Part shown: positions 26,459-37,165 of the stretch, piece after piece
Layout: every line of letters starts with the position of its first letter
Numbering within the stretch: the first letter of the stretch is position 1
Source: Ranitomeya imitator
Taxonomy: Eukaryota
Assembly: GCF_032444005.1 (NCBI RefSeq)
Contig: NC_091290.1
Coordinates: 12,586,001 to 12,650,000, forward strand
Length of the DNA stretch: 64,000 bases
Reading direction: 5' to 3'
Made by a program: the position numbers and the translations under genes
The notes under the pieces: generated by a model
The model's database searches: none
Seen by the model: only the letters and a program-made list of their open reading frames with translations
Told to the model about the DNA's origin: nothing

Positions 26459-28042
26459 TACTTTTTCCACACAGGACCCTGTAGGTTTGGAATTCTTTTT
26501 CCCATAATAATAAAGACGTTCGTTTATAAACTGTATTTTGTTATTACTTGTGTCTCTTTGTCTAATACTTACGGTATCTTTGTTTGGTGATTGAAAACAT
26601 TTAAGTGCGACAAACATGCAAAAGAATAGGAAATCAGGCAGGGGGCAAATATTTTTTCACAGAACTGTATATACACATACATATGCCAGAATTGCCGTTT
26701 TGTTTGCTTGCCACTCTGCGCTAAAGAAAGACCGCAATAAAAACCCTGTATGTATCCCAAAACTGTACCATTCAAAGCTTTAAAATATGCAAATTTGGTA
26801 TCGTCGCATTTAGATGGACCTGGGGAATCGTGTTGCCAGGTTATTTTTACTACATAATATTTGCTGTAACAATAACACCCCTCCACCCCCACCGCCAGAA
26901 AAGGCAGAATTGCGTTTGTTTTTGTTTTTTTATCAGTTTATCTCACTTGGGATTTTTTCCTGTTTTTCATGTAATTTATGGTAAAAATTAACGCTGCCAT
27001 TCAAAACTACAACTCATTCCGCAAAAAAAAAAAAACAAGAAGAGGAGAAAGAAAACTTTGCAAAAGCAAAAACTGGGCTTGAATTGACAGCGATAAGAAC
27101 TTGGTGACCCCCGGTGACTAAGTGATAAATGTTTTTTTTGGGGGGGGCTGGAATACTTCTTTAAAGGGGTATTCCCATCTTCAAGATCCTATCCTAATAT
27201 GCAGTAGGTGTAATAATAATAATAGGAGACAGTTAGTTAGTGGTCATAACCATGGATACCTTAGCTACTGTAATGCCCTGCATATGGGGTAAGCGACTTA
27301 GCTAATCAGAAAGACTGCTACGACCCATGACCGTTTGCTCCCATTCAGTGAACACACAACAGTTATCAGAACTTTAAAACCTTTATTGGGAAATATGCTC
27401 ACAACATTTCCATCTTTTCCTTTGGGTAAATATTTTTGGTCGCAGCTTAAACCGGCAATATCTGCCAACAAATGGGGTGTAGGGAGATTACTGCCATCCG
27501 GTCTCCCGGGCAGGTATCTTCACCACCAACAAAAACTCCACCCTTCCGCAGCTGCAACTTAACCAACCTCTAACAAAAGGGGAGGGAGGGCGGGAAACAG
27601 GTCCGGGTCCTGGGATCGGATGGCACATCGGCGCTTCCTGGCGCCAAGAGCAGGGGATAAGCCCCGCCCCCTCCGCGGGGAGTTAACCCCCATATACATC
27701 CTGGGTACACTCAAGGGGAGATCTCATACAATAAAGAGCGGGGGGAAGGCGCAGCAGTCAGGGGACAGCGGCTTAAGCCGCAGTGTCCCTAAGACTGCTA
27801 CGACCCATGACCGTTTGCTCCCATTCAGTGAACACACAACAGTTATCAGAACTTTAAAACCTTTATTGGGAAATATGCTCACAACATTTCCATCTTTTCC
27901 TTTGGGTAAATATTTTTGGTCGCAGCTTAAACCGGCAATATCTGCCAACAAATGGGGTGTAGGGAGATTACTGCCATCCGGTCTCCCGGGCAGGTATCTT
28001 CACCACCAACAAAAACTCCACCCTTCCGCCAAGGAGGAGCGA

Positions 28043-28636
28043 CTATAGAGAGCTACGACCCCCCCCCCCCCACGAATGCATCGCCTGAACTACCCCTTCT
28101 CTAATACCATCGAGGAAAATATCTAGGCCCGCCTCGTTCAAATGGACTCCGTCTGGAAGTAGAAAACCGGAATTGTCCCCTTCCAGCCGATGGTGCCGAA
28201 CAACTAAACCATTCTTAAATGTTACGAAACGTGATATCCTCTGGTTCAGCGTGCGCCTGGATCTCTCCATAGCATTCAATTCCCTGGCACCCCGCCAAAC
28301 CAGCCTTGGGATAACCTCGGACCAGACTAGGCGCATCGACTGGAAGAAACTCGGGAACTTGTCCATGTCTGATCTGATCAGCGTAAGTAGTTCAGCCAAC
28401 GGAGACGAAGCCAGGTCATTTCCTCCGGCATGGATAACCACAATGGTGGGGGATGAGGCCACCCATGCAATGTGAACCACCTCCGGAAGAACTTGGGACC
28501 ACATCATGCCTCTCAAGCCACGCCATAACACGTCGACATCATTGAAGCCCAAGGATCGCCCTCCTGGGCCCAATTCGGCGCGGCGAGCAGCCCAATAGAT
28601 GTACGAGTGACCCACTATCCAGACGCTGGGTCGCAC
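28043..28636 (-). CDS. SGNH/GDSL-type hydrolase (esterase) accessory ORF of Ngaro (197 aa)
   Basis: Blocks VGHSY (Ser), GLRG (Gly), HAGGND (Asn) and PDGVH (Asp/His). Confidence 0.88.
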   Translation of the reverse strand: MRPSVWIVGHSYIYWAARRAELGPGGRSLGFNDVDVLWRGLRGMMWSQVLPEVVHIAWVASSPTIVVIHAGGNDLASSPLAELLTLIRSDMDKFPSFFQSMRLVWSEVIPRLVWRGARELNAMERSRRTLNQRISRFVTFKNGLVVRHHRLEGDNSGFLLPDGVHLNEAGLDIFLDGIREGVVQAMHSWGGGGRSSL

Positions 28637-28751
28637 CCCATCTAGGAATAAAATATACAGTTAGCGATAAACAATAAATCAACAACCCAACGAAGTACCC
28701 CCAATGATACTGAAACTGTTTCGAATGTCATAGAACCGAAACCACTCGCAC

Positions 28752-29666
28752 TTATAACAACAAGTCAGGCCTGATGTATCTAGTAAAGCAGCGGGATCTC
28801 CATCTACCCACCCTTTGAATCTCTGATTCAAGCAAACCCGCTCTAGATGCTTCTGTCGCTGCACCTATCCGAAATGAGTGAGTCCCAAATTCTGCCGCAG
28901 GCATTCCCAATCGTGACAAAACGCGTCTCAATATAGCTAAAAATTGGCCCGACACTAGGGGAAGCCCATTCTCATGAATGAAAAGCTGGGAACCGTCCTT
29001 TCTAACCCGCATGTAATCCTTTATTAACACTAATGGTCAAATGTCCTTGTTGATGGCGAATATCGGGAACCAAGTTCCCCTACCTTCCTGATCAGTTTTG
29101 GACTTACATATTCTAATCCTGATACCATCCTCGCAAATTAGTATGTCTTCCCGCCTGAGGCCACCCGGTTTATTCAGAGCCGTAGGTACAATCTCACTGA
29201 CCCGCATGGCCCCAAAGAATGCTAGGCCAAAGGCCGCTGACATTAGCGCAGCCTCGTATTTAGAATCGCACACAGGTTCCAAAGCCTTAACCAAGCTCAC
29301 TAGCAAGTCGAAGGATATAGGACGCCTGTTATCACCATGTCTATCCGCTCGCCGCCAACCTTTCAATAACTGACTGACTAGGAAATGTTTCGTGGAATCT
29401 GGCCAACCTCGCAGCTTGAAATGGAACGCTAATGCAGACACACGGTTGCGCGCCACTGAGCCCGACACTCCCATGGCATGCATTTTGGATAGAAATGCCA
29501 TTGTCACCTGCATTCGATCCTCCTCCGAAGACCCCACTGGTTTGCCGTCTGCTAAAAGACACCACTCCTCCCACGCCTTACCATAGGCTTTCCAGGTTGA
29601 TGGAGCTATCGATGAACGTATTAATGGCATCAGGTCCCCAGGACATCCCAGATCGAATGTGGGCAA
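28752..29666 (-). pseudogene. Ngaro tyrosine recombinase with one in-frame nonsense codon
   Basis: GAMRVSE, SKTDQ, GTHSFRIGAAT, GRWRS...RYIR. Track ORFs 29037..29666 and 28752..29030 are in the same frame, separated by TGA (29037-29039) then CCA TTA. Confidence 0.9.
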
Positions 29667-31357
29667 TCCACCTCCTCCAAGGGCTCCTGAAGGCGCCGTC
29701 CCAGTAAATCCTGCGAGTAAAAGCCAGTTAAAACACCAGACACACTCTCATTGCTGACGGTTAGTGCATTTGCTTTAAGCCAAACATTAAACGTTAAACA
29801 TTTCAATACTATGAACCTAATTAGGTCTAGAACCTGCGGTGAAGGAGATGCTAGGTAGTTAATGGCATGCGCCCCGCCAATGGATTGAAGATGCAAGCGA
29901 ATGCGCTTATTGGCCAATTGAGGACCCAAGATGTCCATGGCGACTGCCACGGGGACAAGCTCGATCAAGGTAGCCTCTACGTTCCACTCCCTGGAAACCC
30001 AGAAGGCAGGCCAACTCGAAGCACACAGTTTGTTACCAAAGCGAACACGGAAACCCGTGTTGCTTGACGCTGCAAAAAACAAATCCATGTCCACGTTAGA
30101 GCATTCTGTCTCCTGAAAGCAAGTCCTACCATTGTAATCGCTGAGGAACAGCTTCCATGTGTTTAAATCAGAACGTAGGTGTGCTGTAATCCTGATTCTA
30201 TGATGACGCTGTTTCACTCCTCTCGTGGCTATCATCAATCTGCGTGAGAAGATCCTGCCCGCTGGCATGACCCTGCAGGCAAAATTTAAGGAACCAAGCA
30301 GCGACTGCATTTGAGTTAGTGTTACCTTACCAACCGAAATGCATCCGCTGATGAGATCCAGCAGCTTGTCAATTTTCTCCTTCGGTAACCTAAATTCCAT
30401 GGCGACCGAGTCGATTTCGATCCCAAGAAATGTGATCACTGGTACTGGCCCTATCGTCTTCTCAGGGGAAAGTGGGACCCCGAACTGTGCCATAGCATCT
30501 TTGAATTGGGCAAGGGCTGCGGCACATACATCTGAGCCCGCTGGCCCAACAATCAAAAAATCATCAAAATAGTGAGTGATGGCGGTTAGCCGGGTGATCT
30601 TGCGAGCGACCCATTCCAAAAACGTGCTAAATAACTCAAAATAAAAACAGGAAATTGAACACCCCATGGGAAGACATGTGTCGTAATAGTATAGGTTCTC
30701 AAATTTAGCCCCTAGTAAGTGGTGACAATCCGGATGTACCGGAAGCAGCCGAAAAGCAGATTCTATGTCCGACTTGGCCATAAGGGCCCCCGGGCCAGCA
30801 TTTCTAACGAGGTCAACCGCCTTGTCAAAGGAAATATAAGTGACGGCTGTTTCATCACTGGGGATACCATCGTTGACCGACATGCCCTTGGGGTATGAGA
30901 GATGATGAATTAATCGATATTTACCTGACTCTTTCTTGGGAACTATACCCAGGGGTGAAACCCGTAAGTTAGGGAAAGGGGGGAAATTGAAAGGACCACG
31001 AAAACGACCCAACCTGATTTCCTTCCCCAGCTTTTCTGCTAATACGTTAGGTAATTCCCTCGCTGATTGTAAATTAGGGGCTGATTGTGGCTCGGGTGAC
31101 CAATTAAACGGGATGAAAAAACCGTAGGAGAAACCGGAACGCAGTTGCCCCGCGGCCGATTTATTGGGGTATTTGTCCAGCCACGGCCCCATTCTTTCTA
31201 CGCTCACCGGCGTCGTTAACCTCGCCTGTAGGGGGGGTTTTCCCGGAGATAGCTTTTTGGGGCGGACGTGTGCATTTTGCCACTGGGTGGGGGCCTCCGC
31301 ATGATGAACACTCATGTCTATATTTGCAGAGCCCGTAGAACTTACAGTGCCCTTCAT
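29630..31357 (-). CDS. Ngaro reverse transcriptase / RNase H
   Basis: SPLGIVPKK...YRLIHHLS, KSDIESAFR, LPMGCSIS, HYFDDFL, FLGIEID, then an RNase H-like C-terminus; overlaps gag and YR. Confidence 0.92.
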   Translation of the reverse strand: MKGTVSSTGSANIDMSVHHAEAPTQWQNAHVRPKKLSPGKPPLQARLTTPVSVERMGPWLDKYPNKSAAGQLRSGFSYGFFIPFNWSPEPQSAPNLQSARELPNVLAEKLGKEIRLGRFRGPFNFPPFPNLRVSPLGIVPKKESGKYRLIHHLSYPKGMSVNDGIPSDETAVTYISFDKAVDLVRNAGPGALMAKSDIESAFRLLPVHPDCHHLLGAKFENLYYYDTCLPMGCSISCFYFELFSTFLEWVARKITRLTAITHYFDDFLIVGPAGSDVCAAALAQFKDAMAQFGVPLSPEKTIGPVPVITFLGIEIDSVAMEFRLPKEKIDKLLDLISGCISVGKVTLTQMQSLLGSLNFACRVMPAGRIFSRRLMIATRGVKQRHHRIRITAHLRSDLNTWKLFLSDYNGRTCFQETECSNVDMDLFFAASSNTGFRVRFGNKLCASSWPAFWVSREWNVEATLIELVPVAVAMDILGPQLANKRIRLHLQSIGGAHAINYLASPSPQVLDLIRFIVLKCLTFNVWLKANALTVSNESVSGVLTGFYSQDLLGRRLQEPLEEVDCPHSIWDVLGT

Positions 31358-33218
31358 TAAATAACCAGCACGAACCTGGTCTACGAATGGCTGTTGCTGC
31401 CGCGTTGTTGTTGGACCCGGCAGCGGGCCCGTGAAAGGATTGGGTTGATTTCTGGGACATCATCAGGCGAAGCCACGAATCCGTAGCTTTCATACCCCAG
31501 CCCAATTGCGGATTGGCGGCCAATCGCCGGCGGAAATCTTCATCATATTTCCACCATGCTGATCCCCCGTGGGCCTTATAGGAATTATAGATACTATCTA
31601 AGTATATGAATAGCTCGGAGCACCTTTCGGGGTGCTTTTCCCCCATAACGCATCCCAAGACCGTAAAAGCTTGCAACCAGTTATTAATGGTTTTAGCAAC
31701 TTTTGGTTTACGTTCATATGTTTTATCCCCGAACCGTCTCTCTCTGTCAACCGATTGCTGGTCCGTGGAAACCAGAGACCATATGTCAATGAAATCATTG
31801 GCCCAAATTTGTTCCTTGATGTCGCTATTCAAGTGGGCCCCTAAGGGCGGGACACCACAAAATAGGCCATCCTTGTACACATCTGGGCGGGGAGGAGGGG
31901 GCTGCCTGCACGACCCCGCTGGTTGTAGCAATTTTGGATTGACATAAATCCTGTTTCCTGTAGTTGCGTCGGCTATTGTGTCTGAAAGGTTGGTGTTTGC
32001 TCTCCCCCCTCCCCATGCCCCGATAAAGGGGTACTCACCGATCGGTGCACCGGTATCCGGACCACTTGCTTCCCGTGCCACAGGAGTCATCGGGCCTTGC
32101 CGCTCCATGCGGTGTATGGACCTACGACGAGAAGACTCCTGCCTGTGTGACCTGCCTGAAGAACTATCTGATGAAGAAAGCGAGCGCCACCGCGAGGCTC
32201 TAGACCGTCTACTACGCCGGCTGGACCTAGATCTATACGAACGCCGTTTGCTAACATGACGATCGCGCTTCCTACGCCCGCTTCTGCGATGCTCTCTGGG
32301 GGATGTCGATGATGACGACGATGATCTGCGCGCGGGGCGGATACCCGCACTCTGCCTATTGTCCAGAGCCGGGGTGCCAGCACCCTGAAACGGGGCCCGA
32401 ACGCTGGTTGCTATCAGAGATCGTGACGCTGGCGCATCCTGGTGTTCGACTACTGCCACCTGAGAGGGAGTAATTTGCCCGCCCGGTATTTGCGAATACG
32501 GGGTACTAAAAATGAGTGGGTAAGGTGGAAACTGTGATTCTCCCCCTGTAATAGCCTGGGAGTAGGCACTATGCTGACTTGTTGCTAGTATTATGTGAGG
32601 TGAAACCATATTCTGCTGTGCTATGGCTGCCGTGTCCGTGTTCCTATCAGTATTGGCAATAACATCCCCCACGTTCCTTGAAAGTGGAGGGATACCTCCC
32701 TGCGGAGCCTCAGTCTCCCTCCCTGCCGTCCCTGAATCCTGTGATGAAGCAGAAGTTCCCTGTGCTCCCCCCATGTTGTTTCCTACTAAGTGCACAGCTC
32801 CGCCTAGCAATGCTGGCACTCGCCGACCTACACTCCCTCCTGTTATGCCCGGGGCAGAAGGGGGGATGCAGCTTATACCGCTCGTTGCCGACCCCTGTGT
32901 CTCCCCCACCTGCTGTGAAGCGCTCCCTCCAGTCTTCCTGGCGCCTAGAGCAGGAGAAGCGCGCGCACGAGAGCTGCGCGCGCTCTTCCTTGAATAAACT
33001 GGCGGGCTCAGCCGTGCCGGAGGCCTGGTGGCTCTGCGAGAACGCCGACCCTCCGGCGGCGCCGCCTGCACTATGGCAGGGAAGGAGTCGCTCCCGGGCA
33101 GCAAAGCTGCTAACCATGCGCTTCCTTCCCTGCCGATCCTCTCCCTCACCGCACTCTCCAGCGGGTCCATGATGCCGGCAGCCCAAACAGGTCCGGGTCC
33201 TGGGATCGGATGGCACAT
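31161..33218 (-). CDS. Ngaro ORF1 gag-like protein (685 aa)
   Basis: Long ORF starting in repeat A1; RS-rich region; C-terminal CWLFNEGHCKFYGLCKYRHECSSCGGPHPVAKC zinc fingers. Confidence 0.88.
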   Translation of the reverse strand: MCHPIPGPGPVWAAGIMDPLESAVRERIGREGSAWLAALLPGSDSFPAIVQAAPPEGRRSRRATRPPARLSPPVYSRKSARSSRARASPALGARKTGGSASQQVGETQGSATSGISCIPPSAPGITGGSVGRRVPALLGGAVHLVGNNMGGAQGTSASSQDSGTAGRETEAPQGGIPPLSRNVGDVIANTDRNTDTAAIAQQNMVSPHIILATSQHSAYSQAITGGESQFPPYPLIFSTPYSQIPGGQITPSQVAVVEHQDAPASRSLIATSVRAPFQGAGTPALDNRQSAGIRPARRSSSSSSTSPREHRRSGRRKRDRHVSKRRSYRSRSSRRSRRSRASRWRSLSSSDSSSGRSHRQESSRRRSIHRMERQGPMTPVAREASGPDTGAPIGEYPFIGAWGGGRANTNLSDTIADATTGNRIYVNPKLLQPAGSCRQPPPPRPDVYKDGLFCGVPPLGAHLNSDIKEQIWANDFIDIWSLVSTDQQSVDRERRFGDKTYERKPKVAKTINNWLQAFTVLGCVMGEKHPERCSELFIYLDSIYNSYKAHGGSAWWKYDEDFRRRLAANPQLGWGMKATDSWLRLMMSQKSTQSFHGPAAGSNNNAAATAIRRPGSCWLFNEGHCKFYGLCKYRHECSSCGGPHPVAKCTRPPQKAISGKTPPTGEVNDAGERRKNGAVAGQIPQ

Positions 33219-34828
33219 CGGCGCTTCCTGGCGCCAAGAGCAGGGGATAAGCCCCGCCCCCTCCGCGGGGAGTTAACCCCATATACATCCTGGGTTCACT
33301 CAAGGGGAGATCTCATACAATAAAGAGCGGGGGGAAGGCGCAGCAGTCAGGGGACAGCGGCTTAAGCCGCAGTGTCCCTAAAACTATACTACTTATCTAA
33401 TTGGAGGCATTTGCTAATTTTAATATTATTACACCTACTACATATTGGGATAGGATCTTGGAAATGGGAATATCCCTTTAAGGCTACTGGGTATAATGGC
33501 ATCCCCTATGGTTGATTCTAACAACATTGGTGAATTTGTCAAGGTTTACAAGAATGCTGCATTAAATCTACATTAGTACTTTGTCTCATCGACATGAATA
33601 AAATATGTGCAGTACGCAATGATCAGCGGAGAAATCAAGAACAAATGTCGCTATCTGATCTTATTTAGGGACACGTTTTATCAGTTCACTTTCCTCTGGT
33701 CAGGTCAGACTCGGGTTGATTGTTGACACCGAGGAAACAGGAAGGGGAGCCATTGACTGTGACAACCAATCAGGTCGCTTCTACCATTCTGCAAAGGGTT
33801 TCTAAGAAACGAAAGAAGCACTCTGATTGGTTGCTATCGGCAACCACTGTGCTGTGGTGATTTCCTTGTCCTTGAAGCGTTTAAGGCAGTGTTCGCACTA
33901 TGTTTTTTTTTTTTTTCAGGTGTTTTTCTAGAGCATGTTCGCTCCACAAATCGCCTAAAAAAAGATATCAGAAAATACTTGAAAGACTCTTCCTATTCAT
34001 TTTTGTTGATAAACTACATTATTTTTCATATATTTGGATTTTTCTGTGTTTTTTAGGGTTCAGGTTTCCAAAAGCGCCAAGCGGTTAAAAGAAGTGAGCG
34101 GATTATTCTTCAGGAAGCTTCTGCACTATGCTTTACAATAGAAATCAGTAGTTAGGCCTCCCCCCACAAAAAAAAAGAGAAAAAAATCTCTGCTTTTTTT
34201 TTTTTTTAGCATTTTCTGACTGTTTTTGCATTAAAATACTCTAGTATTTTGTTCATTGCTTAAAAAACGTTGTCAAAAATTAAGAAAATCGTCCCCTCAA
34301 CAAAGAAATGGCTTACGGCAACCTAAAAATGAGTAGTGTGAACACACTCTGATCACTTCCCTGATCTTTTTAGAGATAAATTACACTAAAAATAATAATA
34401 AAATATTTAATTAAATAAAAATACAATTAGAAAGAAGGAAATGCTATTTTTTGCAGACCAGTTGCAACTAAATAAATAACAATGAAATAAAAACTAAATT
34501 AAAAAAGTACAAAGAAAAAAACAAAACGTTTCGGAGACAAATGGCCATAAAATACAAAATAAATAGGTTAGTTATACAATTAAAAATAAAAAATAAATGG
34601 AAAAAAAACAAACTACTTAAAAGGTTGCAGTACTTTGTCCCCCCCCCCCCCCATGAGAAAAAAAATGCTGATACTTGTCCTTTTGGATGAATTCAAACAA
34701 GTGTAAAAAAAATGGTCTGTTTTGCCTCCTAAAAACAACACCATTTTTTCATGTTGTATGGTACGATATATTTCCAAAAATTACATCGGTATGTGCTCTG
34801 GTTTGTCAATTGTTGCTGTAAAAAATAC

Positions 34829-36980
34829 TAGTAACATAGTAACATAGTAACATAGTAACATAGTTAGTAAGGCCGAAAAAAGACATTTGTCCATCCAGTT
34901 CAGCCTATATTCCATCATAATAAATACCCAGATCTACGTCCTTCTACAGAACCTAATAATTGTATGATACAATATTGTTCTGCTCCAGGAAGACATCCAG
35001 GCCTCTCTTGAACCCCTCGACTGAGTTCGCCATCACCACCTCCTCAGGCAAGCAATTCCAGATTCTCACTGCCCTAACAGTAAAGAATCCTCTTCTATGT
35101 TGGTGGAAAAACCTTCTCTCCTCCAGACGCAAAGAATGCCCCCTTGTGCCTGTCACCTTCCTTGGTATAAACAGATCCTCAGCAAGATATTTGTATTGTC
35201 CCCTTATATACTTATACATGGTTATTAGATCGCCCCTCAGTCGTCTTTTTTCTAGACTAAATAATCCTAATTTCGCTAATCTATCTGGGTATTGTAGTTC
35301 TCCCATCCCCTTTATTAATTTTGTTGCCCTCCTTTGTACTCTCTCTAGTTCCATTATATCCTTCCTGAGCACCGGTGCCCAAAACTGGACACAGTACTCC
35401 ATGTGCGGTCTAACTAGGGATTTGTACAGAGGCAGTATAATGCTCTCATCATGTGTATCCAGACCTCTTTTAATGCACCCCATGATCCTGTTTGCCTTGG
35501 CAGCTGCTGCCTGGCACTGGCTGCTCCAGGTAAGTTTATCATTAACTAGGATTCCCAAGTCCTTCTCCCTGTCAGATTTACCCAGTGGTTTCCCGTTCAG
35601 TGTGTAATGGTGATATTGATTCCCTCTTCCCATGTGTATAACCTTACATTTATCATTGTTAAACCTCATCTGCCACCTTTCAGCCCAAGTTTCCAACTTA
35701 TCCAGATCCATCTGTAGCAGAATACTATCTTCTCTTGTATTAACTGCTTTACATAGTTTTCTATCATCTGCAAATATCGATATTTTACTGTGTAAACCTT
35801 CTACCAGATCATTAATGAATATGTTGAAGAGAACAGGTCCCAATACTGACCCCTGCGGTACCCCACTGGTCACAGCGACCCAGTTAGAGACTATACCATT
35901 TATAACCACCCTCTGCTTTCTATCACTAAGCCAGTTACTAACCCATTTACACACATTTTCCCCCAGACCAAGCATTCTCATTTTGTGTACCAACCTATTG
36001 TGAGGCACGGTATCAAACGCTTTGGAAAAATCGAGATATACCACGTCCAATGACTCACCGTGGTCCAGCCTATAGCTTACCTCTTCATAAAAACTGATTA
36101 GATTGGTTTGACAGGAGCGATTTCTCATAAACCCATGCTGATATGGAGTTAAACAGTTATTCTCATTGAGATAATCCAGAATAACATCCCTCAGAAACCC
36201 TTCAAATATTTTACCAACAATAGAGGTTAGACTTACTGGCCTATAATTTCCAGGTTCACTTTTAGAGCCCTTTTTGAATATTGGCACCACATTTGCTATG
36301 CGCCAGTCCTGCGGAACAGACCCTGTCGCTATAGAGTCCCTAAAAATAAGAAATAATGGTTTATCTATTACATTACTTAGTTCTCTTAGTACTCGTGGGT
36401 GTATGCCATCCGGACCCGGAGATTTATCTATTTTAATCTTATTTAGCCGGTTTCGCACCTCTTCTTGGGTTAGATTGGTGACCCTTAATATAGGGTTTTC
36501 ATTGTTTCTTGGGATTTCACCTAGCATTTCATTTTCCACCGTGAATACCGTGGAGAAGAAGGTGTTTAATATGTTAGCTTTTTCCTCGTCATCTACAACC
36601 ATTCTTTCCTCACTATTTTTTAAGGGGCCTACATTTTCAGTTTTTATTCTTTTACTATTGATATAGTTGAAGAACAGTTTGGGATTAGTTTTACTCTCCT
36701 TAGCAATGTGCTTCTCTGTTTCCTTTTTGGCAGCTTTAATTAGTTTTTTAGATAAAGTATTTTTCTCCCTATAGTTTTTTAGAGCTTCAATGGTGCCATC
36801 CTGCTTTAGTAGTGCAAATGCTTTCTTTTTACTGTTAATTGCCTGTCTTACTTCTTTGTTTAGCCACATTGGGTTTTTCCTATTTCTAGTCCTTTTATTC
36901 CCACAAGGTATAAACCGCTTACACTGCCTATTTAGGATGTTCTTAAACATTTCCCATTTATTATCTGTATTCTTATTTCT
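34829..36980 (-). mobile_element. 5'-truncated CR1 (L3) LINE
   Basis: RT ORF plus 3' UTR ending in four tatgttac-type 8-mers (34829-34860). Confidence 0.93.
34953..36950 (-). CDS. CR1 ORF2 reverse transcriptase, 5'-truncated
   Basis: KSPGPDG, NYRPVSLT, LDFSKAFD, GVPQGSVLGP, FADD, and CR1-typical LVRPHMEYCVQFW and LEKRRLRGD. Confidence 0.93.
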   Translation of the reverse strand: MFKNILNRQCKRFIPCGNKRTRNRKNPMWLNKEVRQAINSKKKAFALLKQDGTIEALKNYREKNTLSKKLIKAAKKETEKHIAKESKTNPKLFFNYINSKRIKTENVGPLKNSEERMVVDDEEKANILNTFFSTVFTVENEMLGEIPRNNENPILRVTNLTQEEVRNRLNKIKIDKSPGPDGIHPRVLRELSNVIDKPLFLIFRDSIATGSVPQDWRIANVVPIFKKGSKSEPGNYRPVSLTSIVGKIFEGFLRDVILDYLNENNCLTPYQHGFMRNRSCQTNLISFYEEVSYRLDHGESLDVVYLDFSKAFDTVPHNRLVHKMRMLGLGENVCKWVSNWLSDRKQRVVINGIVSNWVAVTSGVPQGSVLGPVLFNIFINDLVEGLHSKISIFADDRKLCKAVNTREDSILLQMDLDKLETWAERWQMRFNNDKCKVIHMGRGNQYHHYTLNGKPLGKSDREKDLGILVNDKLTWSSQCQAAAAKANRIMGCIKRGLDTHDESIILPLYKSLVRPHMEYCVQFWAPVLRKDIMELERVQRRATKLIKGMGELQYPDRLAKLGLFSLEKRRLRGDLITMYKYIRGQYKYLAEDLFIPRKVTGTRGHSLRLEERRFFHQHRRGFFTVRAVRIWNCLPEEVVMANSVEGFKRGLDVFLEQNNIVSYNY

Positions 36981-37165
36981 GTATTCTTTATTACCTATGA
37001 CGGCAGCCTAAAAATGGTATTGCGAACACAGTCTGATTATTTCCCTGATATTTTTAGTGATAAATTTATATACCATATATATATACATGCATATATTAGA
37101 CTAGCTATTGAACCCGTTCTACGCCCGGGTGGCGAGCATTTATATTGGTATATTGTCTCCATCAT

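Larger units (their letters stand above)
27313..33381 (-). mobile_element. Ngaro-type tyrosine-recombinase (DIRS superfamily) retrotransposon, near intact
   Basis: Split direct repeats in minus-strand order A1(33185-33381), ORFs, B1(27793-28029), A2(27595-27792), 45-bp spacer, B2(27313-27549); gag, RT/RH, YR and SGNH ORFs. Confidence 0.95.
27165..33477. mobile_element. TTAA-flanked T2/Kolobok-like MITE split by the Ngaro insertion
   Basis: TTAA at 27161-27164 and 33478-33481; imperfect TIR of about 55 bp: agggg/atattcccat..caagatcctatcc.aatatg.agtaggtgtaataata. Confidence 0.8.

Noticed and set aside
33763-33844. Inverted CCAAT boxes plus an RFX X-box-like palindrome (promoter?)
   Set aside because: The caaccaatcag...ctgattggttgcta arrangement looks like a degraded palindromic repeat, and there is no adjacent exon evidence.
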